Source of the DNA: a virus
Taxonomy: Duplodnaviria > Caudoviricetes
Length of the DNA stretch: 62,400 bases
Reading direction: 5' to 3' (one strand)
IMG/VR virus record: IMGVR_UViG_3300030202_002372
Coordinates: 1-62,400 of that record
Under the pieces are notes generated by a model, which was not told the DNA's origin, did no database searches, and saw nothing but the letters and a program-made list of their open reading frames with translations. Shown here piece after piece: positions 57,068 to 62,400 of the stretch. Positions within the stretch are counted from its first letter, which is position 1. Every line of letters begins with the position of its first letter. Position numbers and translations under genes: made by a program.

Positions 57068-57635
57068 GTTGTATAAAATTAAAACTTACTGATATTCTTA
57101 TATCATTTGATTGATTAGGTTCAACACAATGCCAAAGGTAATATGGAAATATAATTATTCTACCTTCTATAGGTTGTAAATGTACTTCTCTCCATAAATG
57201 CTTTGGTGGTTTACCTTTTTTTCTCATAGGCATATTTAATACTGCCCCTGCTCTTGGTTCATTACAAACTAAATCACCAGAATTTTCTGGTGCCTTAATA
57301 TAATACACACCACTGAATAAACAATTAGGGTGCACATGTGGAGCATTGTATCCACCTGGCGGATTTATGTTAGCCCACATATTACCTATTACAGGCTCTC
57401 TGTCTAACCATTCTTCCTTCCATATATCATTCATCATTATAAACAATTCATTTACCAAAGGTCGATACACAGGAATTTTATGCATTTCTGTTGTAGAGTG
57501 CCAACCATTCTTATTTGTTTTTTTTAAACCAGGGTCTCGTTTAGACCACATAACAATTTCGTTAGCAAACATTTGATTATCTAACTTTACATCTTTACCA
57601 TATATAGTTGTTGGAAAAAATTGTTCTTTAATCAT
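57054..57635 (-). CDS. 2OG-Fe(II) oxygenase (TIGR02466-like)
   Basis: MWANIN, HVHP...SGVYY, FP..LWH.V, RISVSFN. Confidence 0.9.
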   Translation of the reverse strand: MIKEQFFPTTIYGKDVKLDNQMFANEIVMWSKRDPGLKKTNKNGWHSTTEMHKIPVYRPLVNELFIMMNDIWKEEWLDREPVIGNMWANINPPGGYNAPHVHPNCLFSGVYYIKAPENSGDLVCNEPRAGAVLNMPMRKKGKPPKHLWREVHLQPIEGRIIIFPYYLWHCVEPNQSNDIRISVSFNFIQHGFQ

Positions 57636-58231
57636 CTAAATGGTTTACCTCCAAACCAACAAACTAAAGATTGTCTAATACCTCGTTTTACAGGATTGAC
57701 TCTGTGATTTAAAAATGAAGCAAAACAAATAGCATGGCCTTGTTTTAATTCCGCAAATTTACCAGGTGCCATTAACTCAAGATCGCCTCCTTCAAACTCT
57801 GATGGATCGTTTAGTAAAAGAGTCATTGATATTTTTCTAACCGGTGGTTCGTGTTGCATGTTTACATCACAATCCATATGCCAGTCATAAAAACCGCCTT
57901 CAGGATATTCTGTAAATTGTCCATTTTCTGTAACTTGTATGTCGCCAAAACCAAAATGATTTTCATTTGCTTTTTGTATAAAGTTATTCAAATCACGATA
58001 CATATGTCCCATTTCTTCAAATGGTATCCATGATATTGTTGTAACTCTTTTCTTTGTATCTGTTCCACCACCTGGTTTATTCATTCCTACTTGTGCTGTT
58101 TGTGGTTTTTGTCGTCTTCCACATTCTATAATCTGTCTACACTGATCTGGAGTAAATAATGGTTGTGTTGTTTGTATTATCCAACTTTTCCATTTAGGTT
58201 CTGTGATATGTCTATTTTCGTACATTTTCAA
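57632..58231 (-). CDS. 2OG-Fe(II) oxygenase (PKHD/prolyl-4-hydroxylase type)
   Basis: QFTEY..GGFYDWHMD, RKISMT, FEGGDL, HRV.PV..G.R.SLV.W. Confidence 0.9.
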   Translation of the reverse strand: MKMYENRHITEPKWKSWIIQTTQPLFTPDQCRQIIECGRRQKPQTAQVGMNKPGGGTDTKKRVTTISWIPFEEMGHMYRDLNNFIQKANENHFGFGDIQVTENGQFTEYPEGGFYDWHMDCDVNMQHEPPVRKISMTLLLNDPSEFEGGDLELMAPGKFAELKQGHAICFASFLNHRVNPVKRGIRQSLVCWFGGKPFR

Positions 58232-58574
58232 TTACCTTATCATACATAAATTTAATTAATTCAATTTTTTTTACAGGATGGTTTTCCCAACAAAATATAT
58301 TTAAATATTGAAAAAATTTTGTTTCTACTATGTTGTCTCCAATATAACATAATGTAGATTCATATTTGTCTTTAAAATATTCATATCTATGCACACCGCT
58401 TCTAATGTGTACTTTATCCGAATCTAAAACAATTGGACATAACAATCCATTTGTTTCAAAATCTGGATTTATTTTATCAACAAATTTATCTACTGTTGGA
58501 AAATGAGTTTTCATATTTACAAATTTTACTTCTTTTAATTTCTCTTTAAATATTTGATAGTGAGGCTCTAACAT
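58212..58574 (-). CDS. Possible ParB/Srx-like N-terminal domain protein
   Basis: GLLCPIVL......RSGVHRY resembles the ParB/Srx box. Confidence 0.45.
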   Translation of the reverse strand: MLEPHYQIFKEKLKEVKFVNMKTHFPTVDKFVDKINPDFETNGLLCPIVLDSDKVHIRSGVHRYEYFKDKYESTLCYIGDNIVETKFFQYLNIFCWENHPVKKIELIKFMYDKVIENVRK

Positions 58575-59233
58575 TAACTTACTCCTCTATTTTTAATTGG
58601 GTCGTAGTGAACATCCATATTTGCAGCTAAAGTTCGTCTCATACCTGGTCCGTTAAAAGGATACACACAGTGCCTCATGTCATATGGAAATATAAAAAAA
58701 TCACGTTCTTTTATTTCTGGTTGATAATCTACGTGAGCAAACTGACCAGATGCTGAACCTAGGATTTGTAACCTGCCATTTTGTGGCGCACCTGGCGATG
58801 AATATTCTACACCGAAACTTGGTGGTAATTTACAAATCATTACACTAGATAAACCTGTGTACAAAGCTCCTTGATGTACATGTACTGGATTGTATTCATG
58901 TTCAAACATTTGATTTATCCATATTGAATTTAAATGCGTCTCATATTGTTTTACTTTATTCCACGTTAAATAATGATTAAATTTTTCTTGAAACCAATTT
59001 ATAACAGTTTTTGGTAAATGATTGTGTTTAGTCATTACATCGTTTGGTGGGCCATCAAAAAACAAACTATGTTCTTTTTCTATCTTACCCACTAATTGTT
59101 TATTGGCAGGTTTTAATTCAGGATACTTTGCTTCATAAATTTGATTGATAGCCAAATAAATATCAAGAGGTACTTGATATCTTAATACAGATTGCCCTAA
59201 AAAAATAAAAGAAAAATTATTTTGGCTTTGCAT
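58574..59233 (-). CDS. 2OG-Fe(II) oxygenase
   Basis: WIN.M..HEYNPVHVH, LSSV, FPYDMRHCVYPF, RRTLAAN. Confidence 0.85.
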   Translation of the reverse strand: MQSQNNFSFIFLGQSVLRYQVPLDIYLAINQIYEAKYPELKPANKQLVGKIEKEHSLFFDGPPNDVMTKHNHLPKTVINWFQEKFNHYLTWNKVKQYETHLNSIWINQMFEHEYNPVHVHQGALYTGLSSVMICKLPPSFGVEYSSPGAPQNGRLQILGSASGQFAHVDYQPEIKERDFFIFPYDMRHCVYPFNGPGMRRTLAANMDVHYDPIKNRGVS

Positions 59234-59897
59234 TGAGGTTGTGAGCTAGTTGATCTTTTTTATTGTAAATCATTTCTCCTGATTTTTTAACTCTCTCAAT
59301 TGTTTTTAATTGACCTAATACATTAAACACTTCAGGTTGACTTGAGCCTGATGTTAATGTCTCTGCTTTGTTTTTCATAATGTGATGATATGATTCTAAT
59401 TGATGTGTATTAACATCTTTAGTATCAAAAGAACCATCATCAAATTCTTTTTTTAATTCAGACCAAAGTTTGATTTCTCTCATACGATCTCTAGCTACTA
59501 ATTGCATATTAGCTAAACCATATCTAGCTTCATCTAAATCTATTTTATATTTTTCTAATTTGTATTCGTCTTTTTCCGTTTCAACTTTTTTTTCTAACCA
59601 TTTAACTTTAGCCTCTGACCTTCTACAATCAAATGATAAACTCATTAAATTTTCTAGGAAAACGTTTTGTTCTCTTACACACTGCCAATACTTTGAAGCT
59701 TTTGTTGGATACTTCATATCTTGAAGAACAGACATTCTCATTTCTGTTTCAGTTCTAAATACTTGTTTTTTAGTCCATGTATCTCGAAGCTCGGCTGTCA
59801 TAGCCTTAAACTCTTTTACATCTTCTGGATCTAATAGGTTGTTTAAACTTGGTGCTTCTTTTTCTATTAAAGCATGTATATTTCTTTTATCGGACAT
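59217..59897 (-). CDS. Coiled-coil protein adjacent to Kelch-like fibre genes
   Basis: 226 aa helical; YPT.ASKYWQCVREQ. Confidence 0.6.
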   Translation of the reverse strand: MSDKRNIHALIEKEAPSLNNLLDPEDVKEFKAMTAELRDTWTKKQVFRTETEMRMSVLQDMKYPTKASKYWQCVREQNVFLENLMSLSFDCRRSEAKVKWLEKKVETEKDEYKLEKYKIDLDEARYGLANMQLVARDRMREIKLWSELKKEFDDGSFDTKDVNTHQLESYHHIMKNKAETLTSGSSQPEVFNVLGQLKTIERVKKSGEMIYNKKDQLAHNLNAKPK

Positions 59898-59904
59898 TTA
59901 ATAT

Positions 59905-59932
59905 AATTTAACTTTTTACAAAACAAAGTCAA
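59905..59932 (-). promoter_or_regulatory. Sigma70-like promoter for the oxygenase cluster (possibly leaderless mRNA)
   Basis: TTGACT-N16-TAAATT, 7 nt before ATG 59897, no SD. Confidence 0.45.
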
Positions 59933-59934
59933 GA

Positions 59935-61764
59935 TTAAGTTGAAGTTAATGTTTTAGATACAATAGTTTCTGTTTCACCTGTAAATTCTTCTGTTGCATT
60001 TGATGCTCCAGGAGGTCCAGCATATCCAGATGCTGCTAAACCTGCAGTAGCTGTAGAACCTGTTCCTAAACCTGATCCTTGTTGTCTTCCTGTTGCTAAA
60101 CTAGGTCTTGTTGACCAAGCTGTTCCATCATAACCTTCTGCTGTTGAAATTATAACTGTTGTATTTCCTCCAGATACCAATCCAGCAGTTTGACTTCCTG
60201 TTCCTGCAAACATATTAGCTTGTGCCACAATCATATTTCCTCCCGCTGTCCAGGTATTACCATCGAACTCACTAGTAGTAGCTACTCTTGTTGGTGTAAT
60301 ACCTCCACAAACAACACCAGTTGTAGATCCTCCAAAGCCTCTTAGTTGTGCTGTTGTAGCAGGAAGTGAATTTGGATGATTGCTCCAGCTAGTTCCGTCC
60401 CATTTCTCTACCCAACTTTTATAAGTACTTACTCCAGGAGGGCCAAACCCACCTGCAGCAACAGCTCCGGCTTGATCTCCAAAACCTGTTCCATCTCTTA
60501 CGTTATTATTTAGAGCATTTGCTGGTGACCAAGAAGAACCATTCCAAGATTCAGTAACATTATAGTTTGTTCCTGTTCCTGATTCTCCACCAAAAGCCAA
60601 TGCAGCACCTTGTGTTCCAACAGAAGCTAATTGATTTCTTGCAGTAGCTAAATCTGCAACTTCAGTCCAAGTTGCTCCATTGTATGATTCTGTTTTTCCT
60701 GTTCTAGGAGATTCTCCACCAATCATTAAAGCTGCTGTTTGTATTCCAGCACCTCCTGCTCCATACCTAGCTGTATCTACATTTCCACTACTAGACCATG
60801 CTGATGAAGTAATTGTATTGACTGATTGATTAAATTCTTCTGTTGCTCCAACATAAGGCGGTGTTACTCCACCAAACGCAAGTGATTGTGAATTTGGAGA
60901 TACCATTGCGCCCCCAACGCCTCCTCTTGCAGTAGCTAAATCTGCTGTTTCACTAAAACTAGTTCCGTCATAAGATTCTGTTTTAGCTGAAAGTGATGGT
61001 TCTGTTCCTCCAAAAACTAATCCTGCGGTCGTTATTCCTGAACCTCCAAGACTTTGTCTACCTGTATTTAAGCTCCCACCTGTTGACCAATTAGTTCCAT
61101 CGTATTCAAAATTTCTATTACTAGCAGAAGTTCCTCCAACCAAATTAGCTGCGGTTTGTATTCCAAAACCAGTTCCATATGAAAAAGCCGTAGGCATTGA
61201 AGTAACATTAGTCCATGCAGAACCATTATATTCTGCAACAGTAGCTTTACTAGTAGGAGGAGAATCTGAAGCACCGCCTGCTGCTAATCCTGCAGTTTGA
61301 GTTCCAGCTCCCATTATTCCATAATTTCCTTCGTTTAAATTTCCTCCGTTTGCCCAAGAGGTACCATTATATTCTTCAGTTGCATCTTCGGCAGGTACAC
61401 TAGGTGTTTCTCCACCAAAAGTTAAGGCTGCAGTTTGTGGACCGCATGCTGCATTAAAACCTCGAGTAACATTTAAATTTCCACCGGTTCCCCATCCAGT
61501 GCCATTATATTCTTCTGTGGCGTTTGTATGAGGAGGTATAAAACCACCACAAGCTAGTCCTGCAGTTTGTGTTCCTGCTCCACCTAAATATGCTCTTACA
61601 GTTGTCAAAGGTGCTGAACTAGACCATGCTTGAACAGCAACAACAGATTTTAAATTACCTTCAGATGAGTTATACCAAACCTGTCCTTCGTACGTCGAAT
61701 TCAAAGTTGGATCCGAGGAAAGTTCTTTTATTCTCTTACCATGTATCTCATCGTATGTAGCCAT
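59935..61764 (-). CDS. Kelch-like repeat tail fibre/receptor-binding protein
   Basis: About 12 TEEYNGxxW / GxQTA repeats; shared N- and C-terminal motifs with 514..2706 and 2709..4571. Confidence 0.7.
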   Translation of the reverse strand: MATYDEIHGKRIKELSSDPTLNSTYEGQVWYNSSEGNLKSVVAVQAWSSSAPLTTVRAYLGGAGTQTAGLACGGFIPPHTNATEEYNGTGWGTGGNLNVTRGFNAACGPQTAALTFGGETPSVPAEDATEEYNGTSWANGGNLNEGNYGIMGAGTQTAGLAAGGASDSPPTSKATVAEYNGSAWTNVTSMPTAFSYGTGFGIQTAANLVGGTSASNRNFEYDGTNWSTGGSLNTGRQSLGGSGITTAGLVFGGTEPSLSAKTESYDGTSFSETADLATARGGVGGAMVSPNSQSLAFGGVTPPYVGATEEFNQSVNTITSSAWSSSGNVDTARYGAGGAGIQTAALMIGGESPRTGKTESYNGATWTEVADLATARNQLASVGTQGAALAFGGESGTGTNYNVTESWNGSSWSPANALNNNVRDGTGFGDQAGAVAAGGFGPPGVSTYKSWVEKWDGTSWSNHPNSLPATTAQLRGFGGSTTGVVCGGITPTRVATTSEFDGNTWTAGGNMIVAQANMFAGTGSQTAGLVSGGNTTVIISTAEGYDGTAWSTRPSLATGRQQGSGLGTGSTATAGLAASGYAGPPGASNATEEFTGETETIVSKTLTST

Positions 61765-61772
61765 TTAAATCC

Positions 61773-62066
61773 TTATGGTAATACTACGTTTGATGGTCTT
61801 GTATTATTTGGTTCAGCTTTTTGTTCATCAGTCTGAGCATCCCAACTTGCTTGAGCTGTTTGAACTTCAGCATCAACCAAAGCTTGTGCTTCAGCTTTTG
61901 TTTTCTCACTAGCTCCTTTTTCAGCTAACCACATAGCGCCGTCAACGTTGTTGCCAACCATCCAGACGTTTGCAGGATAACCTCTTAGGAAGAATTTTTG
62001 TCTGTCTTGTACAGTAAAAAATCCTTTTCCAGTGTTAGTAGCTACTCCATAAATAAAGTGTGCCAT
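61773..62066 (-). CDS. Small tail-fibre-associated protein, paralog of 191..478
   Basis: MAHFIYGVATNTGKGFFT identical N-terminus. Confidence 0.6.
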   Translation of the reverse strand: MAHFIYGVATNTGKGFFTVQDRQKFFLRGYPANVWMVGNNVDGAMWLAEKGASEKTKAEAQALVDAEVQTAQASWDAQTDEQKAEPNNTRPSNVVLP

Positions 62067-62100
62067 AGTCTTCCTCCTTTTTTTGTTTATATATCATAGT

Positions 62101-62400
62101 TTAACCCTGAGTTAAAGTCTCTACATTTAGTGATTCAGTTGATCCACTAAACTCTTCTACAGTGGTTACATAACTTGGATCTGCACCTCCTGCTTGAACA
62201 CCTGTAGTTTGACTTGTCCCAATTCCGTTTGCAGAACCTTGTCTTGCTGTTCCTAAATTTGGTCTTGTTGACCATGAAGTTCCATCATAGCCTTCTGTTG
62301 CTGCCGATAAAGAACCATCATTACCACCACCACACATTGCAGCTGTTTGGCCTGCTGGTCCGCCCCAACCATTTACTTGATTTCGTCCTGTATTCATTGC
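62101..62400 (-). CDS. Partial (C-terminal) Kelch-like fibre, variant of the 514..2706 C-terminus
   Basis: MNTGRNQVNGWGGPAGQTAAMCGGGNDGS identical; open to the window end. Confidence 0.8.
   Translation of the reverse strand, partial: AMNTGRNQVNGWGGPAGQTAAMCGGGNDGSLSAATEGYDGTSWSTRPNLGTARQGSANGIGTSQTTGVQAGGADPSYVTTVEEFSGSTESLNVETLTQG

Noticed and set aside
875-61274. Many short antisense or alternate-frame ORFs nested within long genes
   Set aside because: Shadow ORFs of well-supported genes with no independent signals
1-62400. Prophage/integrase, tRNA or host genes
   Set aside because: No recombinase, repressor-att arrangement, cloverleaf or housekeeping gene recognised by eye; tRNAscan was not run

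Overview
An essentially complete, low-GC (about one third by eye) dsDNA tailed-phage genome. Almost all genes are on the minus strand, and no rRNA, tRNA, integrase, reverse transcriptase or CRISPR was seen. Reading the minus strand, it has tail fibre/receptor-binding genes built from Kelch-like repeats at both window ends, and a cluster of four 2OG-Fe(II) oxygenases. Next come tail/ejection genes interleaved with two glycosyltransferases and a GNAT, then a replication module (exonuclease, SNF2 helicase, SSB-like protein, AEP primase, UvrD helicase, PAPS-reductase-like protein, DUF3310-like protein, family A DNA polymerase). After small early genes come TerS, a GC-rich repeat region, TerL, portal and a block of small Lys/Arg-rich proteins. 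The remainder is GroES, scaffold, major capsid protein, M15 peptidase and head-tail/tail genes. Gene content and size resemble marine podoviruses of the HTVC023P type that infect SAR11/Pelagibacter (inference from recall, not searched). Main signals for follow-up: (1) a polar array with ~100-bp period (GC patch + AT stretch + AACGGGAACGGG core) between terS and terL; (2) a recurring x-x-x-G-G peptide motif in at least 11 otherwise dissimilar late/virion-region proteins; (3) a near-perfect bacterial parS site beside a four-hairpin minus-strand RNA upstream of terS; (4) a predicted double-pseudoknot leader after the capsid terminator; (5) two diverged copies of the same fibre-chaperone-fibre junction at the window ends; (6) unannotated small ORFs, including a metallothionein-like peptide and a capsid N-terminus look-alike. 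All functional calls come from motif recognition by eye.
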